Assembly (NCBI GenBank): GCA_051530055.1
Contig: CM121341.1
Coordinates: 11,138,784-11,202,783 of the forward strand
DNA length: 64,000 nt
From: Neoechinorhynchus agilis
Lineage: Eukaryota > Animalia > Acanthocephala
Direction of reading: 5' to 3'
Positions 1 through 10,453 of this stretch are shown one piece after another. The notes under the pieces were generated by a model, which had not been told where the DNA came from, did no database searches, and saw nothing but the letters and a program-made list of their open reading frames with translations. The stretch's first letter is position 1. Each line of letters begins with the position of its first letter. A program made the translations under genes and the position numbers.

Positions 1-658
1 GAAGGTCTTTCAGTTTCAACTTTTTGCCACATTGAACGCATTCATCGACCATTGCGTCCTGACATTTTAAACAAAACACTTGACTTCCTACTCTTAAAAT
101 ATCCATTTCCTCAATCTTTTTATTACAATGCTCACAAAAAAAGCAGTCTGCATGGAAGAGTGTCGAATCGTTCATCAAAACAACTTCTCCTTCTTCAATA
201 AGTTTCTTACATTGGAAACAATCCTTTTCAGTGATCATATCAGCCGCACCGAACACACGAACTGAACAACAATCTGAACAATTCAAATCATTGTTGTCTC
301 GTACAAAGTCTGTATTTTCCAACCGCTTCTCGCATTTTTTGCACTTTAGACAATCATAATGAACAAAATCATTGCGACCAATTACTAGCGTTTGTTGTTC
401 TCCTTCAAAAAGCAGTTGATTGCATACTACGCATTTCAGATTCGAACTACACTGTGAACAATAAATAAGAAATTCGTCATTCGAGGACGTGGATATGCAC
501 TTCATTAAATATCGACTTTGTTTCATGTTTTCACCGCAATCAGCGCATTTTAGACAATCCGCATGAATACGAGTATCGTTCACTAAAACGTGATCTTTTA
601 AATCGCGGATTTCTAATTTGCAAATTGGACATCTAAATGAGTACTTGGAGGACAGCAT
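1..658 (-). CDS. Multi-LIM-domain zinc-finger protein, 3'-partial (runs off the window)
   Basis: Hand translation from ATG at 658 is open to base 1: MLSSKYSFRCPIC...HADCLKCADC...CSQC / CVVC...HYDCLKCKKC...CSDC / CFQC...HADCFFCEHC...CLKC / CVQC. This gives three complete LIM motifs and the start of a fourth. Absent from the ORF track because there is no stop inside the window. Confidence 0.9.
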   Translation of the reverse strand, partial: MLSSKYSFRCPICKLEIRDLKDHVLVNDTRIHADCLKCADCGENMKQSRYLMKCISTSSNDEFLIYCSQCSSNLKCVVCNQLLFEGEQQTLVIGRNDFVHYDCLKCKKCEKRLENTDFVRDNNDLNCSDCCSVRVFGAADMITEKDCFQCKKLIEEGEVVLMNDSTLFHADCFFCEHCNKKIEEMDILRVGSQVFCLKCQDAMVDECVQCGKKLKLKDL

Positions 659-825
659 GTTTAAATAAATCGAGTAAAATTTACTTGCAACTAAAATGAT
701 TCTATGGTGATAGTTATAAACGATTTAGTGGGAAAAAGAATCGCAAACAAGATAGGAGGCGAAATAGTCAGACGATGTGACTGCATCATTTGTACTTTGT
801 TTGATGATTGAGGAAATAGAGATTC

Positions 826-1785
826 ATTTATTAATTCCCTTTGTGGCAATATTTAGTCCGTATCGTTGGACTTTTTCAGGTTGTAAAAGTGTTTAATGCG
901 CACTTGAACGTCAGTTCAGAATTTTGATTTTTTAGTAAACAGATAAACCAAGGATCTGTTTGGTTGTTGTAAAGAATTTGTTTCATGGATGTATTTTGTT
1001 CGGTGTGATATAGAGATTTATTAATTCCTTTGTGACAATATTTCGTCCGTTTCGTTGAACTTTTTCATGTTGCAAAAGTGTTTAATCCACACTTGAAATC
1101 TCAGTCCACAATTTTGATTTTTTAAAAAACGGATTAACCAAGGATCTGTTTTGTTCCTGTAAAGAATTTGTTCATTCATGTATTTTGTTTGATGTGATAT
1201 AGAAATTTATTAATTCCTTTTTTGACAATATTTCATGAGTTTCGTAGGACTTCTTCAGGTTGTAAAAATGTTTAATCCGCATTGGAAATCTCAGTCCAGA
1301 ATTTTGATCTTTTTTTAATAAACAGGTAAACCAAGAATCTGTTTGGTTGTTGTAAAGAATTTGTTTCATGGATGTATATTGTTTGGTGATATAGAGATTA
1401 ATTAATTCCTTTTTTGACAATATTTCATCAGTTCCGTAGGAATTCTTCAGGTTGCAAAAGTGTTTCATTTTCAAGCGCCGATTAAACACTTTTACAACCT
1501 GACGATACGGACGAAATATTGTCAAAAAAGGAATTATTAAATCTCTAAATCAGACGAAATAAAATTCATCCATGAACAAATTCTTTAAAACAATTAAACA
1601 GATCCTTGGTTTTTCTGTTTACTAAAAAAATCAAAATTATGGATTGATGTTCAAGTGCGGATTAAACACTTTTACAATTTGAAGAAGTCCCACGAAACGG
1701 ACGAAATATTGTCACAAAGGGAAATAATCAATCTCTATATCACCAAACAAAATATATCCATAAACAACTTCTTTACAACCACCAC
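826..1785. repeat. About 190-bp tandem array (about 3.4 direct copies) followed by about 1.6 inverted copies
   Basis: ATTTATTAATTCC-type anchor recurs at 826, 1016, 1205 and about 1397. Reverse-complement copies occupy about 1484-1785 after a turn near 1465-1485 (GTTGCAAAAGTGTTT...AAACACTTTTACAAC). Confidence 0.9.
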
Positions 1786-2349
1786 TTGTGAATTTTCGTG
1801 ATGGCTCAATAATTCGGAGGTGTCCAGCCCACAGTTTTTGATCCACAATCCAGCGGCCAATCGCCAAGGGCGGAAAGATTTGCACGAGATCGTCTTCCAC
1901 CACAATGAGGAGTACGATTCTCATTTTATTCTGACTAAGCTGTCCGACATGACCAATTTAGCCAAATGAAGTTCTTTATCGTATAAGTAAAGCAACTTAG
2001 GCTTATGATTATTGGGCACCGATCTGTCAACCGTGGTGAGGAAGGAGAATTAGCTGCCAGAAATTCATTGATGTCCCGTAGAGCAGATAGCTGGTTGCAT
2101 CGAAAAAGGAGAATATTTCTGTCGAAATCCCATGCTATAAAATCATGGCCCGATACCCTGAAAAGGTTTTGTTTTTATATGGCGGAAAAATTGAAGTATT
2201 TTATTGAATCTTACAAGTTTGATAAAGGCACATGATTGTGGCTCCGAAATATCGGATCGCCATAAAAAAGGCATGAACAATTTAATCTTCGTTGGTTTAC
2301 GGAGCATTTATTTTTCCAGAAGCAAAGGCCAAGCAAGCCCGCTTAAATA

Positions 2350-3190
2350 GCCTTATTTATTGTTATTATTTTAGTCGCTCGCTTGTGAACACCCGAGATA
2401 AATCATTAAAGACTAATGTATACATTCAAGCAATAGAATTGATCGTTTCAGTCATATTTACGGAATCGGTCGATAATGGAAGCATCGAATGTTCAGTTCA
2501 ACCGATGGAAGATAATAACGCCGGCATCAGTTTAAAATTGCCATTGAAAAGACAGTGGTGCTCTAGATTAGAGGTTTTAATGGACAACGAGTCCAGGAAC
2601 ACGGGTTATAAAAACCAGTCCACAAGATAACGCTATATTGTTTGTGTTTTAGATGACAAACTTGGGCGAAATGTCGGAATCATCCAACGTGAAATATCGG
2701 GGAAATAAATTAGTGAATTTAGATCAGAGGGTTGGCAAAACTAAGAAATAGAGTCAGACATCAACTTTAATATATTATAATAACACGTTTTATTTTGTTA
2801 AAGGGGAGGAATTAAGTACCTCTGAATCCTCGTGAACACCTGAATTAGTGAACACTTGAATACTGTCAGGATAAATAAATGTGATTGTCTACTTTGGAGT
2901 GGATGACGGATCTGAACTTTGGGGTGGGATACGGGTCCGGAGAGGTGGATTAAGGATCCGGAATTTGGAGTGGATGAAGGATGAAGGAAGAAGATGAATA
3001 ACGGATCCTGAAATTTGGAGTGGATGACGGATCCGAAATTCAGCGTGGATGAAGGATCCGGAACGTGGATGACGAATCCAGAAGTGGATGTGGATGACGA
3101 ATCCGGATGACGGTTGACTGATGATTGATTCATATCGAGTGTTCATAAGCGACCGACCTAAATAAAAATCCAATAAACAGACCGAATACA
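2350..3190. mobile_element. Putative non-autonomous inverted-repeat element carrying a GGATCC-rich minisatellite
   Basis: 2368-2410 (TTATTTTAGTCGCTCGCTTGTGAACACCCGAGATAAATCA) is an imperfect inverted repeat of about 3125-3165. Degenerate 20-27-bp units GGATCCGGAATTTGGAGTGGATGA(A/C) occupy about 2895-3115. Confidence 0.5.
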
Positions 3191-3728
3191 ATCCTCAGTA
3201 TTTATTGATTTTACCGTCTTCATTGCCACCTTCATACTATGGTTTTCGTAGTGTGACGACCCTCGGACTCAAATGTTTTGATAATAGCAACGTGAAGTAA
3301 TTTCATTTTAATATTCCGTGCTCCACGAGGCATAATGAGAAATTCTGAAGAAGTTTCACTTAGAGGACGAAATGCTAAATTGTAATACTTCGCCTGAACC
3401 GAGAAATTGCTTTATTTTGACACTGTTTGAAGATTGCACTATTCTGAAGTTTGTTTTGGCGAAAAAAATTAAAGGAATTTTGGTCAAATCCGATTATTTT
3501 CGAAGCTTCATGGGAGATTTCAAGTGGCCGAGCAAAGAGCCATTAAGGCCGAAGAGGAAATATTAGGAAACTGCTTTTCTCATACTAAAAAGGGAGCTTC
3601 CAAAATCCTTAAAACATATTTCAAATGAATCAATGCTTTGATTTAATTGGAAGGAAATCAAATAAAGATTGAGGTGCAAGGGGCGAGACGGCTAAAATTG
3701 AGCAGATCGTTTCTTAGGGGATAAAAAA

Positions 3729-4720
3729 TACGACACCAATTTTCCCTAAATTCCCTTCCATCTCCACCCCAATTTTCCCCATAAAACCTTTTCATGCGTC
3801 CACTGCGATTCCGGGTATCGTCCCCTGTCGTGCCACATCGACGGCGTATTCCGTCAATCGAGGACTCGCTACTTTGCGCCCTATGTGCTCGTTTCCGACT
3901 AGAAACTCGGGAGCGAGGACGAGAAGGCGAGTCACCGTAACGATAACGCCGGCTCCGATGATATCTCATCTAAAAAACAAATTCAAAGAAAGATTAATCA
4001 ATTTGGTCTGAGATCATGCGAACATACAAAATGTGACTTACACACAAAAATCAAAACTCAAATTGTTGGAGTTGAACGTTTTGCAAAAAATCCATTAAAG
4101 GTGCTTTGAACGCAAATTCGCAATGCGAAAAAGCACGATTGTTCCCAAGATACTTAAGATTTTTGAGCAAAGACAAACAATACTTAGAAGTTAATGAAAC
4201 AAACTGTTTACCGTTGTCACATACCGACAAATAATACTCGCTAGAAACTAATTAGTTCGATTGAGTTTTTCCTTCGAGGGGCTCAGTTCATTTTCTCTAT
4301 ACGGTGAGTTTTTCACTAGAAGATTTATTTGTAAACATGCAAATTTTCGAGGCCTCAACCTCCTTATCAAGTATTGTTTGTAAGTTTCAAATAATCTCGA
4401 CGAGGGAAAAACTCGCCATATAGAAAAAAGGCAACTAATTAGTGGCATTGCTTGGATAGCCATTTCGCAACTTTGTTCTGAAAGACAGCTTGAAATCGGG
4501 AAAAGAATATTTGGTGTTTGATCAAAAAGGTCTTAGCTATTTTACCTTTTTTTGGTCGAAGTGTTTGAGGATTCACCGGATTTAACCAAAATTCCTTCAT
4601 GTTTCCGAGGCAAACAATCATTGTTTGTTGGAACATTGCACTATTCTGGTGTTTGTTTATGGCGTAAAAATTAAAGGAATTTTGGTTCCGATTGCTTTCG
4701 AAGGCAAATCTTGTACGCGT
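3729..4720 (-). pseudogene. Inverted near-identical duplicate of 22862-23855, including a truncated copy of the RS-rich exon
   Basis: ORFs 3658..3969, 4248..4463 and 4439..4636 (-) match 23615..24037, 23119..23334 and 22946..23143 (+) almost residue for residue. The copy stops matching after ...ENWCR and runs into unrelated sequence. Confidence 0.9.
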
Positions 4721-4850
4721 CTATCACAAGGTTTCTGGTAAGTTTTCTACCATTTAAGTTCCACGTACAAGAATGCGCCTCCTACAACAACAATCGGATT
4801 TAATCAAAAATCCTTTAAATTTTTCGTCATATTTTGACACTACATCAAAA

Positions 4851-4858
4851 TGACGTCA
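4851..4858. promoter_or_regulatory. Palindromic CRE/ATF-type site TGACGTCA upstream of USP14
   Basis: Perfect TGACGTCA about 72 nt upstream of the USP14 ATG. Function is inferred from position only. Confidence 0.35.
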
Positions 4859-4929
4859 CGATCGACTACGGCAGAATCCTAAGTAAGGGGTTGCATGGCT
4901 CCAGGTTTTCGTAAGCTGAGAATCCAAAG

Positions 4930-6291
4930 ATGCCAGAATTCAATGTGAATGTCCGTTGGAATGGTAAAATGTTACGTTCGATTGTTCTCTCGACGGAGGA
5001 GAGTTTGAATGATTTTAAAGCGAAAGTGTACTCCTTGACTGACGTGGTTCCCGGACGTCAGAAATTGATTCACTCAGGTCGAATCATTGATGAAGAATTG
5101 TTGCGTAGTATAGAATTCAAGGATGGTCTAACATTTATGATGATTGGTTCTGTGGATGTTAAAGAACCACCGCATCGCCTTCAAAATAACACTTCTAATG
5201 AAGTTACATCGAAGCGGACCACTGCTCCTCTACCGGGGATCGGTCTTTTGAACCTCGGAAACACTTGTTACTTCAACGCGGTGATTCAGCTGCTCAGATC
5301 GGCTCGTGGATTCATGAACGAAATTGTTGACGGCTCGTTTAGTGCAAAACAGAACAGTATTCTAGTTGATGGAATCGCTTCTTTACTAAAACAAACTGAA
5401 TCCGGCTCGCAACAAGGTGGAGGAAGCGTTACGTTCATATTCCCTAGCTTTATTTCATCTTTTCCCCAATTCGGAAACAACGCTCCCGGTATCTATAAAC
5501 AACAAGACGCCAACGAATGCATGCAGTGCGTTTTGAGCTTATTCAGTTCAACTGACGTGGTGATGAAGTATTTTGGCATCAAGATGACTTCTACACTTAA
5601 ACAAGTGGATGGTGTCGATGAACGAACCAGTACTGAAATGGTCTTGAATTTGAGTTGTTATATAACGAAAGATGTTAAGGATATGATGGATGGCATTAGG
5701 AGTAAATTAGACGAAATCGTCGACATGAAATCGGATTCCGCGTCCGAGAATGTTCGATTCGGTCGAAAAGTGCAAATATCTCGCCTTCCGCAATACTTGA
5801 TGGTGGTATTTGTCCGGTTCTTTTATAAAGAAGACGTTGGTGTTAGCGCTAAGATTCTAAAGGAAATTAAATTTCCGCACAAACTCGATATGTCTTCACT
5901 ATGTGACGATGAACTTCGAGAAAAGATCAAGTTGAACCGTGAACTTATTATTAGATATGATGATCAAAAGAAAAAGGTTCTGAGTGACGATAATACTCCT
6001 ATGACTAATCCGAATTTTGGTGATGATCCGGGATCCAATAATAGTGGAATGTATGAACTCGCCGGCGTGCTTACTCACAAAGGACGATCTTGTTCCAGTG
6101 GTCATTATGTCGCTTGGCTCAATCGAGCTGAACCGGGTAGAGCTTGTTTTTGGTATCAATACGACGACGAAACCGTGACTCCCGTTGCTGAGAAACACAT
6201 TGACAATCTCGCTGGCGGAGGTGATTGGCATAGTGCCTATATTCTCATGTATAGATCCAGATCAATTCCTTCTAGAACCGAAGATTGGTAG
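4930..6291 (+). CDS. USP14: Ubiquitin carboxyl-terminal hydrolase 14 (UBL plus USP domain), intronless
   Basis: N-terminal UBL (VNVRWNGK...FKAKVYSLTDVVPGRQKLI...FMMIGS), Cys box GLLNLGNTCYFNAVIQ, QQDANEC, His box LTHKGRSCSSGHYVAW and a GGGDWHSAYILMY tail typical of USP14/Ubp6. Confidence 0.95.
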   Translation: MPEFNVNVRWNGKMLRSIVLSTEESLNDFKAKVYSLTDVVPGRQKLIHSGRIIDEELLRSIEFKDGLTFMMIGSVDVKEPPHRLQNNTSNEVTSKRTTAPLPGIGLLNLGNTCYFNAVIQLLRSARGFMNEIVDGSFSAKQNSILVDGIASLLKQTESGSQQGGGSVTFIFPSFISSFPQFGNNAPGIYKQQDANECMQCVLSLFSSTDVVMKYFGIKMTSTLKQVDGVDERTSTEMVLNLSCYITKDVKDMMDGIRSKLDEIVDMKSDSASENVRFGRKVQISRLPQYLMVVFVRFFYKEDVGVSAKILKEIKFPHKLDMSSLCDDELREKIKLNRELIIRYDDQKKKVLSDDNTPMTNPNFGDDPGSNNSGMYELAGVLTHKGRSCSSGHYVAWLNRAEPGRACFWYQYDDETVTPVAEKHIDNLAGGGDWHSAYILMYRSRSIPSRTEDW

Positions 6292-6817
6292 TGATGTTTA
6301 CGAGCGCGATATATACTTCTTTGTTTTAAGGTCGAGATATGTGGTCTTGAATCATTTTCTAGATCTAAATTTAGGTCCTAAAACACAATACTCTCTTGGG
6401 TTTTTTGGAGAAGATTTTTCACAATTTATTAGAACTTTTTTTCAGTTTGCTTAAAAGTTTTTCTTACTAATCATCAGAAACCTTTTCTCACAAAAAACGA
6501 CAAACAATCATTATTTTTAATTGTGGCGAATATTTTGCTGGTCTTGGGGTTATCATCACCACAATTCAAACATTATAAAATCCATTATCACCGGGCTATG
6601 TGGCCAAATTCAGCCGCGTACGCTTAGGATTTTTCTCAAAATCTAAATGAAAAAAATTGAACGAATCAAAATTTTATCTTTCTTTGGGTACCGAACTGAT
6701 TTGAAGCTTTACGACGATAGTTTCAAAATAAAACCTGTTCACATACACAAATAAACAAAAGTAATGGAGTTAAATTGATGGACTTAATTGAGGCTAATTT
6801 CAAAAAATACAATTGCA

Positions 6818-7119
6818 ATCGACGTTCGCAGCCAGCAGTTACCGCCGGTGAGGAACGCAAAAGGACAAAATACAGGGAACTGAGTCGAAATCATTATTTT
6901 GTTCCATTTGGCGTCCATACACTCGAGTCGTTTGGACGCAGGACCTGATCAAGCAATTGCTCAAGAGATTGAGACGATTCACTGGCGATACGAGATCAGG
7001 AGCATTCCTCCTACAATACATAAGTCTAACTCTGCAACGGGGGGAACGCTGCATCCGTCCTTTCGAACATTACACCAGGAAAGAAGCTGAGTGATCCAGA
7101 GCGGTGGTGTGAATGTTGG
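6818..7119 (+). mobile_element. 3' fragment of a CRE-like (RLE-type) non-LTR retrotransposon
   Basis: Encodes ...RKRTKYRELSRNHYFVPFGVHT, typical of the C-terminal RLE region. Clearly homologous to the inverted copy at 32010-32494, with a shared 3' end GTGATCCAGAGCGGTGGTGTGAATG. Confidence 0.8.
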
Positions 7120-7998
7120 TAAAATTTGGTAGAGATAAGACTGCAAACTAAACTAATTTAGCGCTAATGGACAACTGTTTAAATTCTCGCCTCCTTTTCG
7201 ACAGATTGTGACCATCCAGTCGGCTTTATGATTTCATTCTCTCTATGAATTGAAATGAGGCTACATTTCTAATCTGCAAATCGAGGGAATTCACATTCAG
7301 TCTTTATTTCGACTATGAAGCTCTCCCCAGCTAAATCACTTTCATGATCCTTTCCAAAAATCAAAAAATTAATCTTTTCTTTGTGTTCACGTGAAAGCCG
7401 CTGACAAAACGAGATGCATTTATTCTTATGAACGTTATAAAATCATGTAGAATCGTGTATATTCACGAGATTCACCATTGTAAATTTTACGAAACTACGA
7501 ATTATCTAAGCAGGCCGCTTTAAAGATCTCATGTGAACGCTGTCGTGCTCAAGATATTCTTCCTAAATAAGCATCATTCTTGCAAGTGCCTAAAAGTGCA
7601 AATTTTGAAATCAAGATTTAAATTATGAAATATGGATACCATTTTAAAAAATCCTTAGATTTCCTTACGACGATCGGCATTTTATTTGCAAATTTAATCA
7701 CGATAACTATTCAAAACAACGACTCGAAACATTGTTTGGGAACCACTTTAATTTTTCTTTCAAAACCTATGAGGTAAAGAGCTCACTCAGCTAACGTAAT
7801 TAAAAGTTCTGATTCACGAGTTAGCATTCCTTCGCTTGCTTTCAAAACGCGAGTTCTACTCAATTTTTATACGGTCTCTTTTTAAACTATTGTCTGATTA
7901 GCGAGTTTTACAACGTGTCTGACAGGTACTCTTTCAAATGTCAATCCGCTCCCACCATGCTGTCTAATTTGCTAGATACCGAGTGTTTTTTCGCACTT

Positions 7999-8410
7999 AC
8001 CAGGGTAATCTTTCCGAATAACGCTCAGAATCTAGACATTCGAAAACATAGACCCGTTTTGCCAGTGAAGCGTGGAATATTTTTACGTTCCCCCATTTTC
8101 GTCGCCCTTCGTCGTAGAACCTTTTGAGACATCTAGCATGTCTATTTCAACAAACAATATATATATTTTGTAGTCAATGGCGCCTATCAGCACCACGATA
8201 TGTCTGTAAAACTGCAGGGAAAACTTCGAAATTGAATCCATTTTGGTAATTTTTTAAACCCTTACTTGGAAGTTCCGATACAAAGACGTAGTTGTTGCAA
8301 TCTCAGGCAACATATCCATGCAATGAACATCTTGGATTATTATCTTCGATGGAAAAGATACCTCCTTTTTCTTGGTGATACCTCCCTCGTCGAGTTGAAA
8401 TTCACTAATC
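7999..8410 (-). other. Candidate coding exons of an unannotated multi-exon gene
   Basis: Open segment bounded by CAATAG| and |GTAAGG reads ISEFQLDEGGITKKKEVSFPSKIIIQDVHCMDMLPEIATTTSLYRNFQ. The next segment begins after CTGCAG| (FYRHIVVLIGAIDYKIYILFVEID...), and a GTAAGT donor lies near 7999. Product not recognised. Confidence 0.3.
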
Positions 8411-10030
8411 TATTGCCGATATTTTACGACAAACCTAGCGAAATCATCCGAATTATCCGACGTGAAATATCAATAATAAATTAGTTAATTTAAATTCGGT
8501 GAGGGTGGTATAACTACGAAAAAGAAAATTGTTGGATATATTTAAAAGTTAGCTGATGTCGTAAATTCTGTAAAACATTTCCAAGTGTATAAGTGAACAT
8601 CACTTACATGGCTGATTATCTTCTTTGGGCACAGATCCCAAAATTGGTAAGTTGTGCGCCCATACATAAGATAAAGTAATTCTCTAATATTTTTGAGGAT
8701 ATTTGAAGAACGTTCCGCTAACAAATAAAACCCAGCAAATGAGGCGATTTGCTTTTTGAGCAAAACTTTTCAAAAAAATTTGTGTTATGTTTAGAAGAAG
8801 TCATTTTTGTACATTTCGATATTGCAGAAGCAACACGACAAGCAAAATCCTGCTCTCATTCACATAGTACCAATCTTGACATCGATTTATATTATCGATC
8901 TAAGAACCTTGCGTACTCGAAAAATGTTCCGTGATCTATCAAGGTACAATGGGTATTTTCGTGTTTACAAAACATACTTGGGATATATTACTCGAAAGTA
9001 GATCAGAATATGTGTTATTTTTCGGACTCTGTGAGTTATTCGCACAGGAACAGTAGAAAATATAACAAATGACTTGTCGTGTATATTCGTTGCTTAAAAC
9101 TCAATAATATTTCCTTGACGTCTGATAAGAAAAAATGACGTTAAAACGATATCGCAATGAACGCTTCTAGAATAAACGCAAATTGATAAGGGTTTTGATG
9201 TCAAACTTTATCAAAAAAAACACAAACTTTCTCGTATACTCTTGTAAATCGAATAGAAATATTTAAAGGCCACAGTACGTTTTTATTCTGATGTTTTCCA
9301 TGTACTTATATCGGTATAAATGTCCATTAACTGTAGCGACGTTTTTATTTCTCAGAAATATACAAACCACTCCTTTTCCAAAGTTTTAGTAATCGTTGGG
9401 CTGAAATTCGCTCAAGGAGAGCCCAAAATCCTGCTTTGTCCTTAATTTAATAAAAAGAGTGCGAAGCTAACAAGGAAAATCTGGTCTAACAAATTTGCCT
9501 GCAAGTCAAGATCGGTCTCCCTGTGTAAGTAATGCAAGTTTAAGGTGAGCACATTAAAATAAGAGCACATTTGGTGTAAAAGCTTGCCATCGACTGTTTG
9601 TTTTGTGAATTTAAAGTTTAATATTAAATAGATGCAACGGGCTACTGTAAAACGGCGCCATCTCTAAAGCAATATAAAAGAGTCATTTTCTGCACTGACC
9701 TGAGAATCCATGCTCTCGTCTTATGTTTTTTGTAACACATTTGCGTTCCATACCGGTGCTCAGAAAGGTGGTGGAAAGTGATACGTTTGGATTTCTCCCA
9801 AAGGAGTAGTAGATGGCACCCATAAGGCGACGAAGGTAAAAGGAATTTGGTAGTCAACAATTGCCTAATAGTTTAGCGGAATGCACATGGAGCCTTCCCT
9901 CCCCCAACCATCTAATAATCAATTGCTTTTTGATCATGTGCATGGGAGCGCGCATAAACGGGGCGGCGGCGGTGGTGGTGTTCATGCTAGTTCATAAAAT
10001 TGAGTTTTTTAGAGTAAATCACAGAACGCA

Positions 10031-10279
10031 ATGACTGACTCATTGGGTTCACAAAGCCAGAATTATCAGCAACGCTGTCCCTGCTACGAACTCCCTCGGC
10101 AACGCGATGAACCATCTCCGTTATTAAAGGATTTGTTTCGAGCGGACCGTCCCCACGACTACATTGGATATCGTCTTACTGACCCCAAAATACTGGCCGC
10201 TCGACGAAAGTCGAGCCAACGACAAGAAATGGATAACAATAGTGGTCACGAATACGCTACTAACACTGTCGATATGTGA
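10031..10279 (+). CDS. Hypothetical 82-aa protein
   Basis: ATG-started ORF with higher GC than its flanks. No recognisable motif. Confidence 0.3.
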   Translation: MTDSLGSQSQNYQQRCPCYELPRQRDEPSPLLKDLFRADRPHDYIGYRLTDPKILAARRKSSQRQEMDNNSGHEYATNTVDM

Positions 10280-10453
10280 AAATTCGGATTAAACATGAAT
10301 AAATTCTAGTTTGCGACTCGTTTACACATAAAATCCGTCAGTGTATGTGTTTGCATGTGAAAAATCCAAAGCGTGATTCAATAAGCAACTCGTTTGAACT
10401 GGTAAATCCTATGCACTACGAACAAAACCATATTACACACACAAGAAGAATAC

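Noticed and set aside
1172-1525. 117-aa ORF
   Set aside because: Lies entirely in the 190-bp repeat array and its translation is internally repeated.
1712-2630. Short ORFs 1712..1924, 2005..2235 and 2292..2630
   Set aside because: Several frames are open on both strands with no recognisable motif, and parts overlap repeats. I cannot choose a real frame.
2798-3191. Two overlapping minus-strand ORFs
   Set aside because: By-products of the stop-poor minisatellite.
5286-6454. ORFs overlapping USP14
   Set aside because: Antisense or alternative-frame shadows of a well-supported gene.
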